Part shown: positions 50,249 through 63,424 of the stretch, piece after piece
How the letters are laid out: each line of letters opens with the position of its first letter
Position numbering within the stretch: position 1 is the stretch's first letter
DNA from: Octopus sinensis
Lineage: Eukaryota
DNA: 64,000 nucleotides
Reading direction: 5' to 3'
Assembly: GCF_006345805.1 (NCBI RefSeq)
Contig: NC_043002.1
Coordinates: 81,654,001 to 81,718,000 of the forward strand
Translations under genes and position numbers: made by a program
Notes under the pieces: model-generated
Databases searched by the model: none
What the model was told of the DNA's origin: nothing
What the model saw: the letters and a program-made list of their open reading frames with translations, nothing else

Positions 50249-50306
50249 TAGTGTCTATTTCTCCCACTCTCGTTCAACTCCCTATTTCTCGTTCTTCTCC
50301 CTCCCC

Positions 50307-50378
<72 letters not shown>

Positions 50379-51063
50379 ATGTGCTATGCTTACCAGCGTT
50401 ACTCTGTTATTCATGTCACACAAACCTCTCGAGTCGAAATCTGAAGATTCACATGACATCAATTCCTACACGCTGGTGGGCTTGAGTGATGCAAATAGGA
50501 ACAAACCCATTTCCGAGTCCTGTATATCTTAAACTACAGGACTATGTTCAGCTGTTTGATCCTAAATTGGGGCCCTTGTGGAGTACTACCAATCCCGGGT
50601 TAGAGCAAGACTGGGAATGGAATAAGGGGGTAACCTAAATGTAACTCCATACGCCCCCTAAGTCCCGCACTCCCGAACTGCAGCCTTACCACTGGATGCG
50701 GTTTAATGGTTTATCCGGGCCTCTTAGCACCATACCATGGACTAAAAAGTACATCAGCAATTTGTTCCTTTATTACGGAGTCAGCCAACCACAAAGCATA
50801 AAGGAAGTGTGTGTGTGAGAGAGAGAGAGAGAGAAAGAAAGGGAGGGGGGAAGAGTATGTGATGGAATGTGTATGTATCAATTGGTGTCATTGGTTATGC
50901 ATGTGTGCGTTTCTATGCATGTATGTCAATGCGTGTATATGTCAACCCGCGTATATGTCAATGCGTGTGCACGTATCAAAGTGTGCGTACGTATTATTTG
51001 TGTGTATGTGTATTGTGAATGTGTGCATACGTGAAGGTATGCATGTGGTGTTGTTTTAAAGTG

Positions 51064-51106
<43 letters not shown>

Positions 51107-51797
51107 TGTGTGTTTTGCGAAAATGGAGGAAGTATATAAACCATACCGCAGCAACTTCGAAAAAAAAATGGAGGAAGGACAAGTTAGGTAATGTACACCG
51201 AGATAACCCCTAAAAAGATAGGCTAGGCAACGTCGGAAATGCCTTTTGATGATAGGACTGCTCGATCGGGTAGGCCGAGGGTTATACAACAAAAACAATA
51301 ACAACACCAAGAGCAACATCACAGCAACATCAAACAGCTATTGTTTTTAACACGGATGGCGTCTCTTAGTTATTTATTCCGTGGTACACAGTCTAAAAGG
51401 AAAGAAAATATACGAGCGATGGGCAAGGCTGGAATGCTTTTGATCATAATTCGGTGCGGTCGGGGATTGCTCTGACTACTACAACAGTATCAAAGGTAAA
51501 GTCTTTTATTAGCTACCTACTGAATTGTTAGGAAGTAAAACTCCACTCCTTTCTAAATATTGAATAAAAAAATATATAAATAAATAAATAAATTAGATAA
51601 ACGCATAAATGGATATCCGTCAGTTTCGAGGATGAGTGTTGCAGATGTTCGATCAACTGGACTATCCATTCATTGAATTATTATATGTTTTATCTTTTTT
51701 ATATTTTACTTGTTCCTGTTATCGGATAATGCCCATCTAGGGTTTTTTAGTCAAGCAAATTGAACCCAGTACATATTTTTAAAGCCTGCTGGCAGAA

Positions 51798-52050
51798 GGC
51801 GGCGAGCTGGCAGAAGGCGGCGAGCTGGCAGAAACGTTAGCACGCCGGGCGAAATGCGTAGCCGTATTTCGTCTGTCGTTACGCTGTGAGTTCAAATTCC
51901 GCCGAGGTCGACTTTGCCTTTCATCCTTTCGGGGTCGATAAATTAAGTACCAGTTACGCACTGGGGTCGATGGAATCGACTTAATACCTATGTCTGTCCT
52001 TGTTTGTACCATCTATGTTTAGCCCCTTGTGGGTAATAAAGAAATAGGTA
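51798..52050 (+). mobile_element. SINE family B with duplicated 5' 18-mer
   Basis: ggcggcgagctggcagaa occurs twice at the 5' end. Confidence 0.9.
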
Positions 52051-53471
52051 CTTCTTCCATTGATTTTTGTTTTGGGTTTTTTGTTGTTTTTTTTTCTTTT
52101 GCCGGTTGTCAAGCGGTACAGTTTTCGCCTTACAAATTCGCTCACTGCCAGTTGTGACTCGTGTATAGGCACTGCGGAACTACAGCACCCTCTTTTCCCA
52201 CTATTTATCGATAACATTCAATATGTCCTTTTATTTTTCTTTAATTCTTTTATACTTGTACATTATAAACTCCTTAAGCTTAATTACAGTAGCTTGTGCG
52301 CTTCACTGTTCCAGTGGCGCGGTGTTTGGCTGTTGTGCGCATGCTCACCTGTCCGAGATTGGAAGCTTCACGCTAGGACGAGAGAGACTATCCTTCGCGC
52401 AGTGCCCGTGCAAGGTAGTGTTTCTTTTTGACTCCGCATGTGTTGTGCTTAAAAATGTGTTTATATTCTTGAATGTGATAAAGTGTAGGATTAGATTATT
52501 ATCCTGCTTTCAGCTTCAGTGTTGCTGCCAGAATTTGAAAAATAGGGCAGATTCCCCCACCCCGCTTATTTTGTGATTTAGGGGGGATTTTTGAAACTAA
52601 AACGTGAACCGATCTAGTTTATGCATAAATTAAAAATTTTCTGAAGCAGCACCCCAAATAATTTTATCTACGAACCGCCACTGCTCACTGCATTGGTCAA
52701 ATTGGAGCTAGAGTAGAAGGCATTTACCCAAGTTGTTGAGCAGTGAGACTGAACCCGAAACCATGAGGGTCAAAGCAAGATTCTTAACTACACGGCGTTG
52801 CCTGCGCCTAATAAAAAATTTAGTAAAATAATCTTACTAGTGAGGGCACATGGCTCAGTGGTTAGAGCGTTGGGTTCGTAATCGTGAGTTAGTGAGTTCG
52901 ATTTCCGGACCGGGCTATGTGTTGTTGATCTTGAGCAAGACACTTTATTTCACATTGCTCCAGTACACTCAGCTGTAGAAATGATTTGCAATACCACTGG
53001 CGCCAAACTGTATCGGCCTTTGCCTTTCCCTTGCATAACACCATTGGCGTAGAGAGAGGAAGTTGGGCTGCATGGGCAACTGCTGCTCTTCCATAAACAA
53101 CCTTGCTCGGACTTGTGCTTCGGAGGGCAACTTTCTAAGTGCAATCCCCATGGTCATTCATGACTGAAGGGAGTCTATACTCTTTTCTACTAAACTAGTA
53201 TTTAGAACATAAATCAACATCAAATTTTGAAGTAAGGTTTTAATTTATATCACTACAAAATGGAATATTCGTATCAGAGAATCCAGAGGCGGTCACAGAC
53301 GGGTTGGAATCTGAGAATAATCTTGCAAAACTTCTATGTATTCGCGTGACCTTAACCTCTATTACAAAACGGAAGCGCGTTAATGAAGTTACTTTAATCT
53401 TAATAATCACCACATGCTATAGAATCAATAAATTCTAAAATATACTGTTTTGTGATTATAAAATATATTTT

Positions 53472-53663
53472 AAGACCATCAACTTCATTTAAGCATGTAT
53501 TTGTAATATGGAGTCAAAATTTTCGTCGCTCGAAACTACAACCAGTTCACTGACAAAGTTTTGCAGCAATTTTATTTTGCCAGTCAATAAGGTCACAGTT
53601 TCGAGCGACGAAATTTCTGACACCATATTAGAAATAAATGTTTTAAGCGAAGCTGACAGTTTT
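53472..53663. mobile_element. Palindromic MITE-like element
   Basis: tttgtaatatggagtcaaaattttcgtcgctcgaaact is mirrored by agtttcgagcgacgaaatttctgacaccatattagaaa, with a ~55-bp spacer. Confidence 0.75.
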
Positions 53664-54799
53664 TGTGTGTTTCGGAATGGCTAACTTGTGCCTTCCACGC
53701 TTCAATCGATTAAGTTTCAGCACACGATCACAACTCAAAAGAAAGACTTAATATGCAAGTACTACATCTCCGTATGAATAAACTTTGAAACTATGATTAC
53801 GTCATAGTAATCGCTACGTGTAATTATTGCTGCGGTTCCCGAATTCTTATATAAGCTGTTTTATATTTAAAAAATATTCTAAAAGGATTGTACTGAAGGT
53901 AATGCAAAAGTGAACAATAACATTTCTATAAACTGATAAAGAGCCGTTTAAATTGCACACGTTGGTAGAGTAAGTTTTCCTTTAAACAGATTCTGTTTAA
54001 CAGTTTCCATCACAGGCGAAACATTTACGCATTTACTGAATGTAACTCTGGTGTCCTCTTCGAAAAGATTCATGTGAGCACTACTGCACTCACTTCTTCA
54101 CAGTAATTTTCGCCTCGTTTGTATCATCAAATAGTTGTCCCCACAGACTAAAGCCTGTCCTTTAAAAAGGTGGATTAAAAAATGTGCAGGTTTTTTTTTT
54201 TTTTCGACAAAATATCGAGATTTGTAAAACACCATTTTTTGAAGGGGAAGAGACAAAGTTACAAGAAAGTAGTCTATAGGGTCACTTAAACGTGGTAGAA
54301 ATAGCAGCAAATGTGCCTCAAATCTTACACTCTGCTTTAAGAAAGAATGTTGCTTTGAATATTGTCTTAGCTACATAGTATGTGGAAAACAAGAGACGAG
54401 CGTGTCTCAGCTGGATCATAGTTCAGTTTGTTGAGGGTTAACCTGAAGCAAAACAATAAACAATAGCGTTCACTCAGAGTCGACCATGGGCTTCATTGCA
54501 TGATACAAGCTTTTGGTAATTTTTTTAGGTGTCTATGCGAGCAGCCATAGATACCCTCACAGCCCGCTCATTCCTGATCCAGGAGAGCATTCAAAATACA
54601 ACAACTGGGGGAGAGAGAAAGAGAGACAGAGAGAGAGAAAAGACTTACCAGCACTCAGCTGGTACTTCATTTATCGATCCCTCAAGGATGAAAATTAAAG
54701 TTGACCTCGGTAGGACTTCAACTTAGGGTGCGTGTGAGAACTGTTGCTACCAGACAGATCATCCGACACCTTCAAAAGTAAAAATAAAAAATAAAAAGT

Positions 54800-54995
54800 G
54801 GCACTCCGTCAGTTACGACGGCGAGTATCCCAGTTGATCCGATCAACGGAGCAACGTACTCCTGAAATTAAAGAGCAAGCGACTGAGCACTCCACTGACA
54901 CGCGTACCCTAAATATAGTTCTCACGGAGATTCGGCGTTATGCAGAATGTGACAAAGCCGGCCCTTTGAGAGCTACTTACTCAGCTACTTGCACG
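54800..54995 (-). mobile_element. SINE tail-N fragment
   Basis: gcactccgtcagttacgacg...ctgagcactccac...gacaaagccggcccttt matches 19365-19535. Also present at 63700-63890(+), attached to a family D-type core. Confidence 0.8.
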
Positions 54996-55085
54996 TTCAA
55001 ATCACGAGCAAGCTGTTCCATTGATCGGATCAACTAGGGTCCTCGTAAGAGCTGTCGGGCTGCATGTGGCTGCCCTTCAGTATTA

Positions 55086-55503
55086 GGGCGGCGAGCTGGC
55101 AGAATCGTTAGCACGCCGGACGAAATGCTTAGTGGTATTTCGTCTGCCGTTACGTTCTGAGTTCAAATTCCGCCGAGGTCGACTTTGCCTTTCATCCTTT
55201 CGGGGTCGATTAAATAAGTACCAGTTACGGACTGGGGTCGATATAGTCGACTTAATACCTATGTCTGTCCTTGTTTGTTCCCTCTGTGTTTAGCCCCTTG
55301 TGGGTAATAAAGAAATAGGTATTTCGTCTGCCGTTACGTTCTGAGTTCAAATTCCACCGAGGTCGACTTTGCCTTTCATCCTTTCGGGGTCGATTAAATA
55401 AGTACCAGTTACGGACTGGGGTCGATATAATCGACTTAATACCTATGTCTGTCCTTGTTTGTCCCCTCTGTGTTTAGCCCCTTGTGGGTAATAAAGAAAT
55501 AAG
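55086..55503 (+). mobile_element. SINE family B followed by a tandem 5'-truncated duplicate
   Basis: The block gtatttcgtctgccgttacg...aataaagaaata occurs at ~55135-55318 and again at ~55319-55503. Confidence 0.9.
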
Positions 55504-56094
55504 TATTGGCTCCGGCTGACAGAGTTCTCTATTCAAATCCGACCTTTATATCTTTATTATTGGCATGTAGCCTAAAAGAAGAGGGGACAATACGAAGACG
55601 GACAACACAAAACGTGGGGTACATAAAATGAATAAAGGAAAATGTGTATGACAATAAAATCGAATGAAAAAATGTAATGGTTTACGAGCCCCCAAAAGCT
55701 CGCAGTTCCATTTTACTGTTCTTATGTTCATGTATGTATTATTATATTTATACTTTTTTTTTTAATCGATATGTGTTTCCACCAAGTCATCGAATTTTAC
55801 GGTTTTCGGCATAACTTTGAACTCAAAGCACATTTCAGTATTTTTTATATTCGTATCGAATAAGTCCAATAACGTCTCTGCTTTTTTGTTTTCCAGTAAG
55901 TACTGTTCTCATGTCCTTGGTATACCACCTTTCGTCCATTATCACCCATATTTTATTCTTAATCTTTTAAACTTTTTTATCAATCTCTTCGTTCTGTTTA
56001 TACGCAGTCATTACTTTCAAATCACGTCTGTCAAGTTCTTTCACTTGCTCCTTTGTCAAGAAAACAAAATAAGAAAAAAAGAAAAGAAGAACAT

Positions 56095-56260
56095 AGGCGC
56101 AGAGGTGGCTGTGTGGTAAGTAGCTTGTTTACCAACCACATGGTTCCGGGTTCAGTCCCACTGCGTGGCACCTTGGGCAAGTGTTTTCTACTATAGCCTC
56201 GGGCCGACCAAAGCCTTGTGAGTGGATTTGGTAGACGGAAACTGAAAGAAGCCCGTCGTA

Positions 56261-56311
<51 letters not shown>

Positions 56312-56319
56312 TATATATA

Positions 56320-56354
<35 letters not shown>

Positions 56355-57042
56355 CGTGTGTGTGTTTGTGTGTCTGTGTTTGTGTGTCTGTGTTTGTCCC
56401 CCTAGCATTGCTTGACAACCGATGCTGGTGTGTTTATGTCCCCGTTACTTAGCGGTTCGGTAAAAGAGAAAAGAGAGAGTAATGTAGTTGAAGAGGAAGG
56501 TTATGGAGAGAGTCGAACCACGGAACCAGAGATGTCAACAAGTTATGAAAATCTATTCAAATCTGACCTTAGCCTATTGGGTGTTCATCACGCGGTTTAA
56601 CACCCAACCAGCACCTCGGGTGCTTTTCGCGAGGTCTACTCTGTTGCAATCGGTCAAGCTATATCTCCGTTTTAAGGATAACGTCCCGCTCCCACTGGCA
56701 CCAGTCTTAAAAGTCAGTAAAGGAGTCATAAAGTGTGATAAGCACTAAATTCCATGACCAGGGCCAGATTAAGACCCATACAGGCTCTAAGCATTTAAAA
56801 GATTTTGGTGTCCCCATACATACTCTTTACTCTGTTTACTCTTTTACTTGTTTCAGCCATTTGACTGTGGCCATGCTGGAGCACCGCCTTTAGTCGAGCA
56901 AATCGACCGCGGACTTATTCTTTGGAAGCCTAGTACTTATTCTATCGGTCTCTTTTACCGAAACGCCAAGTTTACGGGGACGTAAACACATCAGCATCGG
57001 TTGTCAAGCGATGTTGGGGGAACAAACACAGACACACAAACG

Positions 57043-57110
<68 letters not shown>
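56095..57110. mobile_element. SINE family A copies: + copy 56095-56470 and - 3' half ~56820-57110
   Basis: Family consensus blocks. Confidence 0.85.
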
Positions 57111-57136
<26 letters not shown>

Positions 57137-57140
<4 letters not shown>

Positions 57141-57649
57141 AAATAAGGGCAGAAGAAAAATTCTAATGCCAAATATGCCGAAAGAAAGACAAAAATTGTT
57201 AAATAACCATTATGATTTATGCGTCTCGAAATAAATCGAAAATTTCCCGAAAAATTTTTTATCCTACATTAGTTATAAATTGAATAGTGTTCACTTCCGG
57301 ATTCTGTCACTCTGTGAAAGTTTCTAGTTCGAATCACACGTGTCTCGAGATGTGCCGAAGATTTTCTATTTAGGATATATTTGGGGTACTTAGGTCTGCT
57401 CGGGACTTGGTGCTTGCTTTTTCCATGGGTATGAGAAAGTATTTCACTTATATCTCAAGTATTTGCCGCTGTGGAGGGGAAAATTCTATGAATTAACCCC
57501 GAAATTGGACCAATACGGTAATAACGAATTTTTTAGAAATTTCTATCGGTTTATTTCGGGACGCATAAATTATAATGGTTATTTGACAATTTTTGCCTTT
57601 CTTTCGGCATATTTGGCATTAGAATTTTTCTTCTGCCCTTATTTTGTAA
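57137..57649. mobile_element. MITE with ~105-bp terminal inverted repeats, TA-flanked
   Basis: 57137-57240 (tacaaataagggcagaagaaaaattctaatgcc...) is the reverse complement of ~57548-57649 with few mismatches. Confidence 0.85.
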
Positions 57650-57743
57650 ACTATTTATAAATTTAACCTTTAAAGGTATTTTTTGATATGCTGGCCATTG
57701 ATAAAAAAATTTTTTGCCGAAAAAAATTTTATCCTACATTAGT

Positions 57744-57777
<34 letters not shown>

Positions 57778-58348
57778 AAAAGTTTCCGTCTACCAGATCT
57801 ACTTACAAGGTGCCACACAGTGGAACTGAACCCGGAACCATGTGGTTCGTAAGCAAGCTACTTACCACACAGCCACTCCTACGCATATGTCATTCAACAT
57901 ACAAACAATAATAAACCATGAATTTTTTTTTCTCTCAAAATGAAACAAAACTAACAGTAAGATGGAAAATATTGCTTATTTTTGTATAACTTCCATTAGA
58001 TTTATATTTGAAAAGTTTTCTCCGACATTTTTCTTAATTGCAAAGTCTTTCATCAGATACCCGCCATGACACCGTAAACACTTCGAAATTATATTTCCGA
58101 TCATATATTAAACCACTTCGAATATTATTTTAGCAAGTTTTAAAGTAATTTCTTTTGTACCGTAAACCATTTACTATTTCTGTGGTGCTCAACCTCCCGC
58201 CCACCCCCAACCACCCTTGCCTTGATGCCCTAAGCACGTGCATATTTTACTTAATGGTTAATCCGGTGCTATCCGTGAGAAACAAAACAAAAAAGAATTA
58301 TTGATACTTGATGCTGGCATTCACTTGGATCGGTGAGATCCAACTGCA

Positions 58349-58787
58349 GATCTTTTTGGTTTGAACGGCAATTTCTTCTAGCGATGTCATATGAAATTGT
58401 CACCCATAATTATGACCCTAGAATCGATCTATTGCATTTCAATCTCTTTTAGGGTTAGGGTTTAGGGTTAGTTAGGGTTAGGGTTAGGGGTGGGGGAAGG
58501 GTATCTTTTTTTCTTCACAAATGTAAATAAACCCAATCTGTTTCTTAAACGAGGGACATATTCATACGGCACAGAATGCTTTTTTACCTCAATAGACGTC
58601 ACTGATTGGTTGAAATTGCTGAAATTGAAGAAAAAAAAACAACAAATAGCTTACAAACTATAGAATTTTCTCAATAAAGCCAAGAGAAAAAATGTTTTAT
58701 AAACACATTCTACCAGTCTACGAAGTTTAAAATTTTTTAGTTACCTAGAAATTATGTTAAAAACTGCCGTTCAAACCGAAAAGATCC
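58349..58787. mobile_element. Second copy of the (TTAGGG)n-carrying TIR MITE
   Basis: Homologous along its full length to 48886-49320. Confidence 0.9.
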
Positions 58788-59305
58788 TAATCCGATGCTA
58801 TCAGTGAGAAACAAAGCAAAAAAGAATTATTGATGCTTGGTGCTGGCATTCTCTTGGCTCGGTAAGATCCACCTGCTTTCAACAACATAAAATTCCAACA
58901 CGAATATATCGAATTAGGATATACAATATTACAAGACTTAACCTGATTGATTCTGCCGTCTTTCCGAACCAGTACATGTAAATAAATAGGACACGACTAC
59001 CTTAAAGATATCGATATTTTATCTGACAGCCATCGTACCCATTGGCCAAATAAACTAAAGATAAAATGATAATCAGTAAATATACACAAAAAGTTCAATA
59101 AACTTATATATCAATATATCTGTGAATATATATGTATGTGTTCGTGTATAATGTAAATATTTGTAAATATATATGTATGTATGCTATATGCATATATGTG
59201 TATATATATATATTAAATAAATATTAACTCTAGTTCATGTATTGAGTTCTTTATCCACTTAATGATTTTTGTTTTTTATGCGTATATATATATATATATA
59301 TATAC

Positions 59306-59345
<40 letters not shown>

Positions 59346-59479
59346 GAAGAGAGATAGTGGGTAAGGAGAACGTTATTGAATTTCGTTGGATATTTATAGA
59401 TTGTTTATTTTGTATACCTTTGAATATATTTTTTTTCTCTAGTTCAGCTCAGAGGCTGCGGCCATGCTAATGCACCGCC

Positions 59480-59580
<101 letters not shown>

Positions 59581-59605
59581 ACAATACATATACATATACA
59601 TATTA

Positions 59606-59639
<34 letters not shown>

Positions 59640-59674
59640 ACATTATATATATTTAACTTTTACTTTATATAATT

Positions 59675-59717
<43 letters not shown>

Positions 59718-60387
59718 CTTATATAATATATACATATATATACAATATTATACATATATATATATACACACACAGAAACACATTCATGAATATAGGTACA
59801 CACACACAAACAAACAAGCAAAGATAAGGAATACAAACACACGCATCACGAAAGAAATATACTGAATGGCGAAAAGATATTCTTTCTCCCTGTTATATAT
59901 ATGTGTGTCTATGTATTTGTTTTCAGTGTGTCTGTGAGTACGTGCGCGCGTGTGCGCGTTATGTGCGTGCGTGCGTGCGCGCGCGTTGTGTGTATGTATC
60001 TATGTGTGTGTGTGTGTATGTGTATGCTTGCGTGTGTGTGTGTGGTTTGTTTATTTCTGCTGTAGTCTTTGATAACCTCCAAGACCATTCCTAGGTTGTT
60101 TTGGGGTGGAGTTCTGTGGAGTTTATTATTCTTATTATTAATATTATTTTATTTTATTATTTTTTTTTGTTTCATTTACTTATTTAGTTTAGTTTTGTTT
60201 TGTTTTGTTTTGTTTTACTTTTCTTTCTTTTTTTCTATGTTATTTATGTCAAATACACCGAAAACCGTCACAGATATTACTTTGAAGAATTATATCAAAG
60301 CAACGCGAAATGAGAAAAATCACGATAGATAATTCGATTAAGGAATAAAATCCTATTTTCTACAATTCCCTGATATACATATATATT

Positions 60388-60464
<77 letters not shown>

Positions 60465-60536
60465 TACACACACACATATATATATTTATATATACACGCA
60501 CACATATATATGCATACGCATACATACTATATACAT

Positions 60537-60575
<39 letters not shown>

Positions 60576-60581
60576 TATATG

Positions 60582-60612
<31 letters not shown>

Positions 60613-60696
60613 ATATATATATACATATATATATACATATACATACATATATATATACATATATATATATATACATATATATATATATGTATATAT

Positions 60697-60756
<60 letters not shown>

Positions 60757-60974
60757 TTAAATATACATACACGAATGAATATGTAGTTGACTTTTACTTC
60801 TTCCCCGCCTTTACAATTTATCATCATTGTCATCGTCATCACCATCACCATCGGCGTCAAGTGCCATCGCCTTCACCGTCATCATCATCGTTGTCGTCGT
60901 CGTCGTCGTTGTCATTCGTTGTAATCGACATCATCATCATCATTATCATCACCATCATCATTCGATATTATATT

Positions 60975-61059
<85 letters not shown>

Positions 61060-61650
61060 CAGCAGCAGCAGCAGCAGCTGAGGTTGTTGTTGTTGTTTTT
61101 GTTTGTCGAAACAAACAATATTTGCTGATCTAAAATTTAATAACCGACAAATGTTTTGTAATTTTTTTTTTTTTTACCTTGTTACTTATATATGAACAAC
61201 ACGCAACAAAACACGTTGATGAAATATAAGGTGTATGCATGTATGTACGTCTGTCTGTCTATCGATCTGTATGTATGTATGTATGTATGTATGTATGTAT
61301 GTGTATATATATATGTGTGTGTGTGTATGTATGTATGTTTGTATTATGTATGTATGTAAGTAGGTATGTATGTGTATGTATGAATGTATATATGTGTGTA
61401 TGTACGTACATATATATGTATGTATGAGTAAATTATGTGCGTGTATGTATGTAGGTATGTTTGTATGCATGTGTGTGGTTATGTATGTATATGTATGTAC
61501 GCACGTATATATATGTGTATCTCTATATGGATATGTGTTTATGTATATGCATGTATGTACATATGTATGTGAGTATATATGTGTGTGCGTGTATGCGCGT
61601 ATGTATGTATGTTTGCCGTTATTCAATTTATTTCATGTTGTATATGTATG

Positions 61651-61684
<34 letters not shown>

Positions 61685-61692
61685 TGTTTATG

Positions 61693-62230
61693 TCAGGTCA
61701 CTTTCGAGTGCTACTGGTAACATGTAACCCAGTACAACCTGTTGCATGGTCGGGTCGTCGGCGACTAAACCACAACCCCACCGAGCTTGCTTGGTGAGGA
61801 GGGTATTTATTGGACACCCTGCGGGATGAAAAACAAAACCCGTCAAAGGGTGGAGGAACTCTTGAGAGTCAACGGCCATCCAATAAATGTCTTAAGGTTG
61901 TATCATGCGCGGGGACATAGAAATAATCGGACTGATTACCCGATCCATTGGGAGTGAAGGACTCCTATCCTTTGTTAGGGCATCCTTCTAGGAGAAGGTA
62001 ACTCAGGTAACTGGGATAACTCCGACATAAAACCTGCGGCTCAATGGTTACCGATGATGTTGACCTGTTCTTCTTTTCGGATTATGGCTGCCGTTGCTTA
62101 GTGAGTGGGATTGACTCAGTGCACAGCCTTTCTTCACTTTAAAAAAATCTTCTTGCTCAGACATTGCACGATAACAACATTGATTAAACTTCGTGCAATG
62201 GCCATACTCGATAACGAGGGGCAGCCACCA
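61693..62230 (+). mobile_element. ~520-bp non-coding element, copy 2, bounded by (TATG)n
   Basis: Reverse complement of 23109-23626, with a ~30-bp longer 5' end. Confidence 0.85.
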
Positions 62231-62436
62231 TATATGTACGTATGTATGTATGTATGTATGTATGTATGTATGTATGTATGTATGTATGTATGTATGTATG
62301 TATGTATGTATGCATAAGTAATAAGAGAAAAGAGAGAGAGACCGAAACGAACTCACAGTGTTGATGTTTACAATATCGATAGCTTGGATTTCGACGAAGT
62401 TTTTCTCTTGCTTCTTACGCTGTGCGCATGTGTATA

Positions 62437-63381
62437 CAGTGATCCCTCCTTTATCGCGGTAGATCGGTTCCAAGACCGGCCGCGAAAACTGAATTTCCGC
62501 GAAGTAGTGACACCATATTTACAGTATTTATTGAACGTGTATTTGGACTTTTAAAACCCTCTCTGTACTGTTAGCAACCCACACATTACAGTAATCTATT
62601 AATAACAAGCACAACTGTTAAGCAATAACACTTTAGATTTTTTTTAAAATATTGTTGCTGTTCTCAGCATGAAAGAAGTTGAAGTAAAATTTGAATGATG
62701 ATGGTGATGAATTCGCTGCGCAGTAGAAATGAAGATGATGAAGCTGACGGCGGTGCCCTTTCCTGGGACACCTCTTCCACTTCTTTCGAAGGTGCAACCG
62801 TAGTAGGAGCAACAGGAATTGGCTCTTTTTTGCTAGGCTGCAAAAACATTGTGATAGGAAGTTGCTGCTGCTGCTGTTGCTGTTGCTGTTGAGCGAACGG
62901 TCTTCGTCCCAGAGTTCGCAAGATGGGAGAAGTCCGAAACGTGGTCCTTTGCTATTCGTAAGACCCGCAGAAGAGAAAGCAGGTCAACCCCCGACACCGA
63001 GAGCATCGACGGATGTATGAATGTGGCGCATCCAGGCTCAGCGGTTGCGTTGGAAGTCGGGGACAAGAAACAGGAAGAAAGTGTGAGAGAAAGTTGGGGC
63101 GAAAGAGTACAACAGGGGTCGCCACCACCCACTGCCGGAGACTGCCGCTGCTCCTTTTTCCGTTCAAGGAGCATCTTGTAGGGATTCATGACTTCGTCGA
63201 CTTTGTTGCAAAATTGCACAGAACGAACCATAACATCGTCCCATTCCTAAGACCCCTCTTTCAATCCTTTAGCCAGGTTGCAGAGCTTGGCCAGCCGTTC
63301 CAAAGTCAAGCCAGTTTGGTCGGCAACTTCTGTTTCTTGCTGCGTTTCTTCTTCTTTGGATTTAATGAAAAATTTTAGGTG

Positions 63382-63384
<3 letters not shown>
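62437..63384 (-). mobile_element. Tigger/pogo-like DNA transposon 3' remnant
   Basis: TA|CAGTGATCCCTCCTTTATCGCGG terminus at 62437. Minus translation LTLERLAKLCNLAK...MVRSVQFCNKVDEVMNPYKMLLERKKEQRQ-[SINE insert]-QLPITMFLQP. Confidence 0.8.
62862..63140 (-). mobile_element. 5'-truncated SINE family C body with a third tail type ending in (CAACAG)n, inserted in the Tigger ORF
   Basis: The body aggaagaaagtgtgagagaaagttggggcgaaagagtacaacagggg...ccggag matches the 19555-19620 and 41910-41975 bodies. The tail differs. Confidence 0.8.

Positions 63385-63424
<40 letters not shown>

Noticed and set aside
51798-55503. CRISPR-like regularly spaced repeats
   Set aside because: The repeats are SINE duplications in a eukaryotic context, with no repeat-spacer array or cas genes.
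61693-61810. HDV-like or twister ribozyme at the 5' end of the 520-bp element
   Set aside because: I could not place the P1/P3/L3 or twister core by hand. Kept only as a suggested scan.
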